A stretch of DNA of 64,000 nucleotides, taken from positions 1 to 64,000 of the forward strand of contig CAXBME010000035.1 in NCBI GenBank assembly GCA_963976765.1. The letters run 5' to 3'. Below, piece after piece: positions 31,222 through 39,994 of the stretch. Each line of letters begins with the position of its first letter. The first letter of the stretch is position 1. The DNA comes from an uncultured Planctomycetaceae bacterium (GTDB taxonomy: Bacteria; Planctomycetota; Planctomycetia; Planctomycetales; Planctomycetaceae). The position numbers were made by a program, and so were the translations under genes. The notes beneath the pieces are model-generated. The model was not told the origin of the DNA. It saw only the letters and a list, made by a program, of their open reading frames with translations, and made no database searches.

Positions 31222-33417
31222 TTGGAGTTTACTCGCACGCTCACTTTTCTCTGGACACCGTGGTCACTGGCGATTTCCGCCGTGATCGTGCTGGTGACAG
31301 CCGGGCTGTGCCTGTTGGCATGGCAGCGGAGTGGGTACGCGAAGTCGCAAGGCATTCTGGAATTTCTCCGACTGACGATCGTCGTGCTGCTTGCTGCGAT
31401 GTTCAACCAGCCGGAGTGGGTCGAGGAGTTTCGCCCGGAAGAGAAGCCTCAGGTAGTGATCCTCGTCGACGATTCATTAAGCATGGAAACTCAGGACGTC
31501 GAATCGGAAGTCACCAGTTCCACTTTGACGACTCGTAAAGAAGCCATCGCGGCACTGACCGACGACAAAGCGTGGTCATCATTAACCGACCGCATGGACG
31601 TCACGATTCAGCGTTTCGGGAATGCCGACGGCACGACCAGAACCGACCTGTTCACGCCTCTGAAACAGGCTCCGGAAAAATTCACCAACCTGATCGGAGC
31701 CGTCCTGGTTTCCGACGGTGACTGGAACGAAGGCCAGCCTCCCGTTCAGGCGGCAACCTCACTACGCATGAAAGAGATCCCGGTTTTCACCGTTCCGGTT
31801 GGCAGTCCCGTTCGGCTGCCGGATGTTGAACTGCTCAGTCTGGGAGCACCGACGTTTGGCGTTGCCGGCAAGGCTGTCCGGATTCCTTTCACGATTGAAA
31901 GTACGCTGCCGCGCGAATTCATCACGACCGTAACGTTGAAAACTTCTGACAGTGACGAGGTCACTCGCGACGTCCGCATTGCTCCGATGAGCCGAACCAG
32001 CGACTCGCTGCTCTGGAACCCTCAGTCAACGGGCGACTTCACGCTCACGCTGACCGTTCCCAAACATGCTGACGACACGCTGCCGGACAACAACGAACTC
32101 ACCGCTCCGATTGCAATTCGCGAAGAGAAACTGAAAGTGCTGGTCGTCGAATCGTTCCCTCGCTGGGAATACCGCTACTTGAGAAACGCATTGTCGCGTG
32201 ATCCTGGCGTTGAAGTCTCGTGCCTGCTCTTTCATCCGGAACTCGACAAAGTCGGCGGCGGCAACAAAGATTACATCAAAGAGTTTCCTGCCGGGCTGGA
32301 TGAGTTGTCGAATTTCGACGTCGTCTTCCTGGGCGATGTCGGCCTGGAAGAAGGCCAGCTCACCACTGAAAACTGCCGGCTTCTGAAAGGTCTGGTCGAG
32401 CACCAGGCAAGCGGGCTGGTCTTCATGCCAGGCTTCCGAGGGAAACAGTCATCACTGGCAGAAACAGAACTCGACGACCTGCTGCCGGTGATCATGGACG
32501 AGCTTCAACCCGACGGCTGGGGTTCGAGAACGCCTGGCCATTTTGAACTGACAGAACTCGGGCGACGCAGTCTGCTGACTCGCCTTGCCGACACGCGGGA
32601 CGACAACCTCAGCGTGTGGGAAGATCTGCCCGGATTTCAGTGGTACGCCGCCGTTGTCCGAGCGAAAACCGGCTGCGAAACGCTGGCCGTCCACCAGGAC
32701 ATCACAAACAAGCACGGTCGGATTCCGCTGCTCGTCACGCGAACTTTCGGAGCCGGCAAAGTCCTCTTCATGGGGACTGACGGAGCGTGGCGTTGGCGGG
32801 AGGGTGTCGAAGATAAATATCACTATCGCTTCTGGGGACAGGTTGTTCGCTGGATGGCTTATCAGCGGAACATGGCTAAAGGCGAAACCATGCGGCTGTA
32901 CTACGCTCCTGATCAACCGCAGGTCCGACAGACGCTCGTTCTACATGCCAACGTCATGGAGTCCAGCGGCGAACCTCTGGCGAAAGGCGACGTCACCGCG
33001 CGAATCGCCGCTCCGTCGGGGCAGACAGAAACCGTCCGCTTCACGTCAGCCGGAGACGAATGGGGCGTCTTCGATGGCCGATTCACGACCGAAGAACCCG
33101 GTAAGCACCAGGTTCGACTTTTCTGCAAACAGACAAACGCGACACTCGACACGTCATTTTTCGTTCAAGGCGACGCGGCCGAAACTGCCGGCAAGCCCGC
33201 TCGCCCGGAAGTCATGGAAGAAATCGCCCGAGTCACTCACGGAAAAGTTCTCACCCCGGACAAACTCGATCAACTCGTCCAGTCACTGGCGAGTCTGCCC
33301 GAACCATCACCATCCATCAGACGCGTCCAGCTCTGGAGCCACCCGGCCACCGCTGGGGTGATACTACTTCTACTCACCGTTTTCTGGATCGGCCGAAAGA
33401 GCATCGGGCTGGTCTAG
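31222..33417 (+). CDS. vWA plus GATase-like domain membrane protein
   Basis: N-terminal TMs, DDSLSM and VSDG MIDAS, PRWEYRYLRNAL, GAGKV…WRWR…FWGQ, C-terminal TM; TTG start. Confidence 0.85.
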   Translation: MEFTRTLTFLWTPWSLAISAVIVLVTAGLCLLAWQRSGYAKSQGILEFLRLTIVVLLAAMFNQPEWVEEFRPEEKPQVVILVDDSLSMETQDVESEVTSSTLTTRKEAIAALTDDKAWSSLTDRMDVTIQRFGNADGTTRTDLFTPLKQAPEKFTNLIGAVLVSDGDWNEGQPPVQAATSLRMKEIPVFTVPVGSPVRLPDVELLSLGAPTFGVAGKAVRIPFTIESTLPREFITTVTLKTSDSDEVTRDVRIAPMSRTSDSLLWNPQSTGDFTLTLTVPKHADDTLPDNNELTAPIAIREEKLKVLVVESFPRWEYRYLRNALSRDPGVEVSCLLFHPELDKVGGGNKDYIKEFPAGLDELSNFDVVFLGDVGLEEGQLTTENCRLLKGLVEHQASGLVFMPGFRGKQSSLAETELDDLLPVIMDELQPDGWGSRTPGHFELTELGRRSLLTRLADTRDDNLSVWEDLPGFQWYAAVVRAKTGCETLAVHQDITNKHGRIPLLVTRTFGAGKVLFMGTDGAWRWREGVEDKYHYRFWGQVVRWMAYQRNMAKGETMRLYYAPDQPQVRQTLVLHANVMESSGEPLAKGDVTARIAAPSGQTETVRFTSAGDEWGVFDGRFTTEEPGKHQVRLFCKQTNATLDTSFFVQGDAAETAGKPARPEVMEEIARVTHGKVLTPDKLDQLVQSLASLPEPSPSIRRVQLWSHPATAGVILLLLTVFWIGRKSIGLV

Positions 33418-33436
33418 CAAATTCAAATCCGACAAG

Positions 33437-33495
33437 TGTAGGGTGGGCACCGCCCACCACCGGAACAACCAATAGTGGGCGGTGCCCATCCTACA
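33437..33495. repeat. GTAG-type REP doublet (inverted pair)
   Basis: TGTAGGGTGGGCACCGCCCAC…GTGGGCGGTGCCCATCCTACA; intergenic; each arm is internally palindromic. Confidence 0.8.
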
Positions 33496-33513
33496 GGTTG
33501 AAGAGACAAACCA

Positions 33514-36171
33514 ATGGACGTCGAATCTCACAACCAGCGAATTGATCTTCCAGACTCGCTTCGAACTCAGGTGTTCGAATTTCGAAAGCGGGTCTGGATC
33601 GTGAAGACGGTCGAAGCGTGTTGCGGAGCCGTGTTTGGAATTCTGCTCGCGTTCCTGGCGACATTCGCGTTGGATCGAGTCTGGGATACTCCGGCGAGTG
33701 TTCGGCTGGGGCTTTTCGTCGTCGCCGTTCTGGCCTGTGCGATCGTGCCGCTGGCTTTGCATCGATGGGTGTGGCGGCAGAGAAAGCTCGAGCAACTTGC
33801 GGTTCTGTTGACAAAAACTTACCCGAGCATCGGTGATCAGTTGCTGGGGGTCATCGAGCTGGTGCGAAGCGAGTCCGAACAGGCTCGCTCGCTTGCTTTG
33901 TGTGAAGCAGCCATCAAGCAGGTGGCAGAACAGGCAGCTCCGCGAGACTTCACCACTGCCGTGCCCAACCCTCGCCACATTCGACGAGCGGTCATGGCGG
34001 GACTGACGCTGGCCAGTGGTCTGGCTCTGCTGACGCTTTACCCAGCGGCAACGGCGAATGCATGGTCACGGTTCATCATGCCGTGGCAGGACACGCCTCG
34101 GTACACGTTTACGATGGTCGAAAAACTGCCTGCTCAGCTCTTCGTGGCTCACGGCGAGCCGTTTGAATTCAAAGTGAAACTCGCCGAACAAACAGCCTCG
34201 CGACCACAGCACGGCGTCGTTCAGCCCGGCATCCAACGCCCGATCAATTCAACGCTGACCGGCAATGAATACGTCTTCACGCTGCCGCCGCAGATCGACA
34301 CTTCGGAACTGAAGATCGTGATCGGCGACTTCGCTCAGCAGATTCAGATTGAACCGGTGCTGCGTCCGGAACTCAGCTCGTTCCTCGCAGACGTCGAACT
34401 ACCTGAATATCTCGAACGCACAGAGCGGCTGAAGAAAGACGTGCGAGGCGGAGCGATCTCCCTCGTCAAAGGCAGCTCGGCCAGTTTCACAGCCACCGCC
34501 AGCCGAAGACTTCAAACGGCTTCGGTGGGTGGAAAGCCCGCTTCTCCCCAGGACACGACGATTGTCAGTCCGTCTCAAAAAGTTAACGCCGATCGGAAAA
34601 TCGAATTCGAATGGACCGACGAATACGGTCTGGCCGGGAAAGAACCGTTCACGTTGTTGGTCAGGTCTCTCGACGATGAAGCCCCGGCGATCTCGTGTGC
34701 TGACCTGCCGCGACAGAAAGTGGTCCTTGACTCTGAGCAACTGACTTTCACCGTTCACGCGCAGGATGACTTTGGAGTCAAACGCGTCGGCATGGTCTGG
34801 CAGGGTCTAGACAAAACGAATTTCTCCAGTCCCGCCGCAGGGGAGCGCATCATTTCAGCAGGTGGTCCTGAGAAAGAGCAGATGGAACTGGCCGGAACAT
34901 TCACTGCCAGCTCGCTGGGAATTGAACCTCAGCCGATCGAAGTGAGACTCTTCGCTGAAGATTACTTCCCCGACCGCGAGCGGGTTTATTCGCCACCGTA
35001 CCTGCTGTACGTCCTCAACGCCGAGCAGCACGCCATCTGGCTGACCGAGCAACTCAGCAAGTGGCACCGGCAATCGCTGGACGTTCGCGATCGCGAGTTG
35101 CAGCTTTACGAAACGAACAAGCAGCTTCGAGAACTGACGGCTGGCGAAATCATTCAACCGGAAAACCGACAGCGGATCGAAGATCAGGCGGCGGCGGAAC
35201 GAGTCAACGGACGCCGGCTTTCCAGTCTTTCAGACAGCGGTCAGGACTTGATCAAACAGGCGATGCGGAATCCGGAATTCGGCGTCGGGCATCTTGAGAA
35301 GTGGGCGGAGATGCTTCAGATTCTGCAGGACATTTCCACCAACCGGATGCCGACGGTCGCCGACATGCTCAAGCAGGCGTCGGAAGCTCCGAAGGTGGCT
35401 CAGAACACGCCGGACAGCAAAGCTCCCAAGGCAGGTATGGTTCGCAACTCGGCTTCGGGAAATTCTCCACCCGGTTCGGAAGACGATCCGGGTAAGAAGA
35501 AACCAACGGTTCCGGGCGTCGTTGACGTTGAGTCTTCTCATCAGCCACTTGATCAGAAAAACGGAGGCGGAGAAAAGTCGCCCGAGAGCAAGGGAGCACC
35601 TCGCCTGACGCTGGCAACGACGACGCTGATCGGCAGCGGCCAGAAGGGTGACGATTCGTGTCCGGTTAGCGACAAAGTGGACGAGGCGGTGGAAGAGCAA
35701 CGCGACCTGCTGGCGGAATTCGAAAAGATCACCGACGAGCTGAACGAGTTGCTGGCAAATCTTGAAGGCAGCACGCTGGTCAAACGTCTGAAAGCGGCGT
35801 CGCGGTCTCAATACAAAATCGCGGGACGGATTGGAGATGAAGTCGCGACTTCGTTCGGTGTTTCTCCGAACTCCACAAAGAAAGAACAGAAGAAGCTGTT
35901 CGCCGAGCTTTCGAAAATCGAAGAGACCAGCACGCTCGACGTGTCCAACATCATGGACGACATGGAAGCGTACTTTGAACGCCGCCGCTTCACTCAGTTC
36001 AAAACCGTGCTCGACGAAATGCGAAATGAGGATGTGCTGGGAGCGTTGCGGCAACTCGGCGACGACCTGCCAAAAGAAACCGGTCTGTCGATCGCTCAGT
36101 GCGAATACTGGTCCGACACGTTCGATCGATGGGCGGAAGATCTTGTGGAACCATCTTCTGGCGGCACCTGA
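33514..36171 (+). CDS. Large membrane-anchored coiled-coil protein (DUF4175-like), N-terminal 885 aa; probably continues through the TGA to 36786
   Basis: Three N-terminal TMs, beta-rich region, AQDDFGV motif, long helical region; ends at a TGA that is in frame with the next ORF. Confidence 0.8.
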   Translation: MDVESHNQRIDLPDSLRTQVFEFRKRVWIVKTVEACCGAVFGILLAFLATFALDRVWDTPASVRLGLFVVAVLACAIVPLALHRWVWRQRKLEQLAVLLTKTYPSIGDQLLGVIELVRSESEQARSLALCEAAIKQVAEQAAPRDFTTAVPNPRHIRRAVMAGLTLASGLALLTLYPAATANAWSRFIMPWQDTPRYTFTMVEKLPAQLFVAHGEPFEFKVKLAEQTASRPQHGVVQPGIQRPINSTLTGNEYVFTLPPQIDTSELKIVIGDFAQQIQIEPVLRPELSSFLADVELPEYLERTERLKKDVRGGAISLVKGSSASFTATASRRLQTASVGGKPASPQDTTIVSPSQKVNADRKIEFEWTDEYGLAGKEPFTLLVRSLDDEAPAISCADLPRQKVVLDSEQLTFTVHAQDDFGVKRVGMVWQGLDKTNFSSPAAGERIISAGGPEKEQMELAGTFTASSLGIEPQPIEVRLFAEDYFPDRERVYSPPYLLYVLNAEQHAIWLTEQLSKWHRQSLDVRDRELQLYETNKQLRELTAGEIIQPENRQRIEDQAAAERVNGRRLSSLSDSGQDLIKQAMRNPEFGVGHLEKWAEMLQILQDISTNRMPTVADMLKQASEAPKVAQNTPDSKAPKAGMVRNSASGNSPPGSEDDPGKKKPTVPGVVDVESSHQPLDQKNGGGEKSPESKGAPRLTLATTTLIGSGQKGDDSCPVSDKVDEAVEEQRDLLAEFEKITDELNELLANLEGSTLVKRLKAASRSQYKIAGRIGDEVATSFGVSPNSTKKEQKKLFAELSKIEETSTLDVSNIMDDMEAYFERRRFTQFKTVLDEMRNEDVLGALRQLGDDLPKETGLSIAQCEYWSDTFDRWAEDLVEPSSGGT

Positions 36172-36219
36172 CCCGGTTCCAAATCGGTCGGCAGTTTGCC
36201 GCCATCAATCGTGCTGGAA
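36172..36219 (+). promoter_or_regulatory. Candidate bacterial SECIS element
   Basis: GG-U(bulge)-CGGCA-GUU-UGCCG-CC hairpin at 36186-36203, starting 14 nt after the UGA; possible lower stem UUCCA (36177-81) with UGGAA (36215-19). Confidence 0.55.
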
Positions 36220-36786
36220 GTGCTGCAGATTCTGGAAGCCGAGGTCAACCTGCGGGAAGCAACGCGAGTTGCCGAACAGGCTCGACCAGCCATCAAACGC
36301 GACGAACACATTACGCAAGCGGAAGAACTATCTAACACTCAGGATGAACTTCGTGACCGAGTCGACAAGGTCATCGAACGAATCAGCGAGTTGCCTGACG
36401 CTGCTGCTAACTTCGGAAAAGAACTCCGCCTGCTTGGAGCCGTGTCACAGGTCATGACCGAAGCGACGGAAATTCTTTCGCAACCTGAAACCGGTAAGCT
36501 GGCAATCGCCGCCGAAACTGAAGCCATCGAACTGTTGCTTCAGTCCAAACGGATCAACCCGAAAGGTGGCGGAGGCGGCGGCTCCACACCGGGCGGCGGA
36601 GGCGGCGGAACCACCGCAGATTCCGCACTCGCTCTCGTCGGAAGTGGCAGCAACGAAAAAGAAAGTAAAGAAGCACGCGACGTTTCTCAGGCAACCGGCG
36701 AGTCCGGCAAAGCGTTCCCCGAGGAGTTTCGGTCGGGCCTCGACGAATTCTTCAACCGGCTCGACAAAGACTACTCGCGACAATGA
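36196..36786 (+). CDS. C-terminal portion of the DUF4175-like protein (same frame as 33514-36171)
   Basis: TTG start with no clear RBS; helical region, poly-Gly tract, terminal FPEEFRSGLDEFFNRL motif. Confidence 0.7.
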   Translation: MPPSIVLEVLQILEAEVNLREATRVAEQARPAIKRDEHITQAEELSNTQDELRDRVDKVIERISELPDAAANFGKELRLLGAVSQVMTEATEILSQPETGKLAIAAETEAIELLLQSKRINPKGGGGGGSTPGGGGGGTTADSALALVGSGSNEKESKEARDVSQATGESGKAFPEEFRSGLDEFFNRLDKDYSRQ

Positions 36787-36863
36787 TCTCAAAACGGCAC
36801 ATGACACGAGGAAGAAAGAGCAGGCTGATGCTTAGCAACGTGTGCGAAATAACTTCCCGACCG

Positions 36864-36939
<76 letters not shown>

Positions 36940-36998
36940 ACCAGTTCGCCGTTCAGAAACGGAAGGTTGTTCCGGACCTATGCTTTAAGGATTTCCAA

Positions 36999-38081
36999 AT
37001 GCGAAAATGGGCTCACGGGGCGGTGGCATCCGCTCTGCTGCTGACGTTGCTGGCGACGCAGCCGTGCAACGCTTTTCCAGTCGACTTTGTGCTGATCGAA
37101 CCTGGCGATCGTCAGCAGCCAGAACCTCAGACGCAGGAGGCAAGAGAAGCTCCGGCAGAAGTTCAAGAGGCAGTCGATGCTCAGCCAGCCGCCGAAAACG
37201 CAAAACCCGAACAGCCACGACGCGGAATCGTTCGTCAGAAAGCGGCTGCCGTGGCGGAAGGTGCAGCCGAAGCTGCGGAAGAAGTCGGGCAAATCTTTGG
37301 AAACCTGATCGGCGGATTGCTCGGAGGCCGAGCCGCTCCCCAGGTACAGGCAAAGCTTGACCAGAACGCTCTGAAACAATTTGAAGTTCAATACGGACGT
37401 CATTTTGACCAGATCGTAAAAACGGAATTGCACTTCATCCGGGTCGTCTGCCAGCCGACTCGCCAGCAATACGACGCTCTGGCAGCAGACGGAAAACTGA
37501 TTCGAACCAAAGTGCTCAACAAGTTTGCAACGATCCAGCAGGACATGAACCGAGGAATCCAAAGCTCCAGCGACAACGACACTCGTAAGCCTGTTTCTGA
37601 AGATCTGCTGAAATCGGCGAAGCGACACCTGACCGTCGATCAAGTCGCGAAATACGAAAGCGAACTGGCATCAAGAGACGAGGCTCGCAAAACGTTTTCG
37701 GTGCAGGCAACGACAGCCAGGCTTGACCGCAAGCTGGTGCTCAATGCCGAACAGCGAGCACAGATCGCCAGAGTGCTGAACGAAAACTGGAAGGAATCGT
37801 GGGGCTCGATGCAGATGATAATGTACGGCGGCGACAGTTTCCCCAACGTGCCTGACTCGAAAATCCTCCCTCTTCTCACCGAGACGCAAAAAAAAGTCTG
37901 GCGAACGGTTAACCAGCAGAACCGGGTTTTCTGGGGCTTCAACGTTGGCATGGATCAGGGAATCATCATCGCCGACGAGCAGTGGGACGACGACACAGCC
38001 TCCCCCGAAGAGGCGACTGGCAAAGAACCTGCCGAACAGCCAGCAAAAGCCAAGGAAGCATCAACGGAGGCAAGCGAATGA
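36999..38081 (+). CDS. Secreted helical hypothetical protein
   Basis: TAAGGA RBS before ATG 36999, signal peptide, LTxxQ-like motifs; ATGA-coupled to the next gene. Confidence 0.75.
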   Translation: MRKWAHGAVASALLLTLLATQPCNAFPVDFVLIEPGDRQQPEPQTQEAREAPAEVQEAVDAQPAAENAKPEQPRRGIVRQKAAAVAEGAAEAAEEVGQIFGNLIGGLLGGRAAPQVQAKLDQNALKQFEVQYGRHFDQIVKTELHFIRVVCQPTRQQYDALAADGKLIRTKVLNKFATIQQDMNRGIQSSSDNDTRKPVSEDLLKSAKRHLTVDQVAKYESELASRDEARKTFSVQATTARLDRKLVLNAEQRAQIARVLNENWKESWGSMQMIMYGGDSFPNVPDSKILPLLTETQKKVWRTVNQQNRVFWGFNVGMDQGIIIADEQWDDDTASPEEATGKEPAEQPAKAKEASTEASE

Positions 38082-38920
38082 ACCATCGCCGCTACTCAAC
38101 AGGCCGATTAATCGCGATCTCCACGTTGCTGATTTTCAACGCCTGGGCAACGCAATGTACCACCGCCGTTTTCGGTCAGGTCGGTTTTACCGATGAGCAG
38201 TTCGAGCAGTGGGTTTTCCAACAATACGGCAACGCCCAGACAGCACGTGTCCGGCTTAAGGAGTCGCTTGAGCTTTACACCGAAGATGTGGACCTCGCCT
38301 GCGGTCTTTCTGATGCTCAGAAACAGAAACTGAGACTTGCCGGTCGAGGCGACATTGAACGATTCTTCCGGGCGTACGAAGTCGTCAAAAAGAAGTTTCA
38401 GGCCATCAGAAATGACCAGCAGAAAGCCAATCAGATCTTTCAGGACATCAGCCCGCTTCAGGCTCAAATGACGTCGGGACTGTTTGACAGTGATTCACTG
38501 TTGCGAAAGTGCCTGGTCAACACAATCAGTCGTGAACAGTTTCTGAAATACCACAAATTCGACGAAGAACGCCGCCGATTCCATCACGAATCAAAAGTCG
38601 GACTCATCGTTACGATGCTGGATCAGTCCGCACCGGTCACGACCGAACAGCGACGACAGCTGACCGATCTGCTCCTGCGTGAAACCCGACATCCACGAAA
38701 ATCCGGGCAGTACGACTACTACGTGATGATGCATCAGGTCGCAAAAATTGACAAAGCGAAATTCCGGAAAATCCTGGACAACATCCAGTGGCAGGTCTTC
38801 AGTCAGCAGCTTGGCCAGATGGGAAACATAGAACAGTGGCTGAAACAGAACGGTCTTCTGCCTGACGACGATGATGACAGCGACGTTCTGCTTCCTGATG
38901 AACAGGTGGCCGCCGAATGA
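38078..38920 (+). CDS. Secreted helical hypothetical protein (probable paralog of the upstream gene)
   Basis: ATGA overlaps on both sides, signal peptide, LSDAQ / VTTEQ / LDNIQ motifs. Confidence 0.75.
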   Translation: MNHRRYSTGRLIAISTLLIFNAWATQCTTAVFGQVGFTDEQFEQWVFQQYGNAQTARVRLKESLELYTEDVDLACGLSDAQKQKLRLAGRGDIERFFRAYEVVKKKFQAIRNDQQKANQIFQDISPLQAQMTSGLFDSDSLLRKCLVNTISREQFLKYHKFDEERRRFHHESKVGLIVTMLDQSAPVTTEQRRQLTDLLLRETRHPRKSGQYDYYVMMHQVAKIDKAKFRKILDNIQWQVFSQQLGQMGNIEQWLKQNGLLPDDDDDSDVLLPDEQVAAE

Positions 38921-39984
38921 AAAATCTTCCAATCGAAACTCGTCCTGTCAGATTGGCGTTGTCGTTAACGATGCTTCTCGTCCTGACTCTGGACAGGACG
39001 GCTCATGCTCAACCGCCGAACGCTCGCATCGGCGAGGCCGTTCCCCGAGACGTTCGTGAAATTTACGACAAGGGTCTGCAATTTCTGGTCACAACTCAAA
39101 GTCGGGAAGGCGGCTGGCTGGGAGGTCAGACCGGCCCTGGCGTGACAGGACTCGGACTGATGGTGTTTCTGGCGTCGGGTGAAGATCCCAATTTCGGAAA
39201 GTACAGCGGCAACGTGCGCCGAGCTGTGCGAAGTCTGATTAACGATCAGAACGAGAATACCGGATACCTCGGCAACAGCATGTACCATCACGGCTTTGGA
39301 ATGCTGGGGCTGGCTGAAGCTTATGGAGCCGTCGATGATCGACGAGTCTGGCCGGACGGTACAAAAGGGCGACCAATTGGTGAAGCCCTGGAACTTGCGG
39401 TTCGCGAGGCGCTGACGTCTCAAAAGAACAACTCAAGAGGCGCATGGCGTTACTCGCCGACCGACACTGAAGCGGACACTTCTGTCAGCGGAGCGGTGCT
39501 GGTCGGGCTGCTCGCCGCTCGCAACGCCGGCATCGAAGTCCCAGACACCGCCATCGACCAGGCCATCTCCTATTATACAAAGATGACTTCGCCTTCCGGG
39601 CAGGTCGCCTATTCCGGAGGGCTGGGAGGCTTCGACGAATCGCTGGCCCGCATCTCGATCGCAACGCTCGTCTACTCCGTCGCTAAACGGAAAGACCTGC
39701 CACAGTTCAAGTCAACACTCGGGTACCTGGTCAACAAAATCGAATTCACCGGCAGTTCCGGGTTCGGCTGGATCAACTACCAGAGGTACTACCAGGCTCA
39801 GGCGTTGTATCAGGGCGACGTCGATGCCTGGGAACAGTGGAACAAACTGCTGATTCGCCAGCTGAAATCTTCACAACTGCCCGACGGCAGCTTTCCTGGC
39901 CAGCACGGAGCCTCGATCAGCACATCCATGTCGCTGCTGAGTCTGGCTTTGAATTATCGGCTCCTCCCCATTTATGAACGGTGA
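38917..39984 (+). CDS. Prenyltransferase/squalene-oxidase-repeat (alpha/alpha barrel) secreted protein
   Basis: QW-like repeats: LVTTQSREGGW, SQKNNSRGAWRY, SQLPDGSF; MYHHGF, DTSVSG; ends LPIYER. Confidence 0.85.
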   Translation: MKNLPIETRPVRLALSLTMLLVLTLDRTAHAQPPNARIGEAVPRDVREIYDKGLQFLVTTQSREGGWLGGQTGPGVTGLGLMVFLASGEDPNFGKYSGNVRRAVRSLINDQNENTGYLGNSMYHHGFGMLGLAEAYGAVDDRRVWPDGTKGRPIGEALELAVREALTSQKNNSRGAWRYSPTDTEADTSVSGAVLVGLLAARNAGIEVPDTAIDQAISYYTKMTSPSGQVAYSGGLGGFDESLARISIATLVYSVAKRKDLPQFKSTLGYLVNKIEFTGSSGFGWINYQRYYQAQALYQGDVDAWEQWNKLLIRQLKSSQLPDGSFPGQHGASISTSMSLLSLALNYRLLPIYER

Positions 39985-39994
39985 GCGATCGCCA

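Noticed and set aside
38917..39984. Squalene-hopene cyclase / terpene biosynthesis gene
   Set aside because: Only 355 aa, secreted, and lacking the DxDD motif; it is a repeat-family barrel rather than a cyclase.
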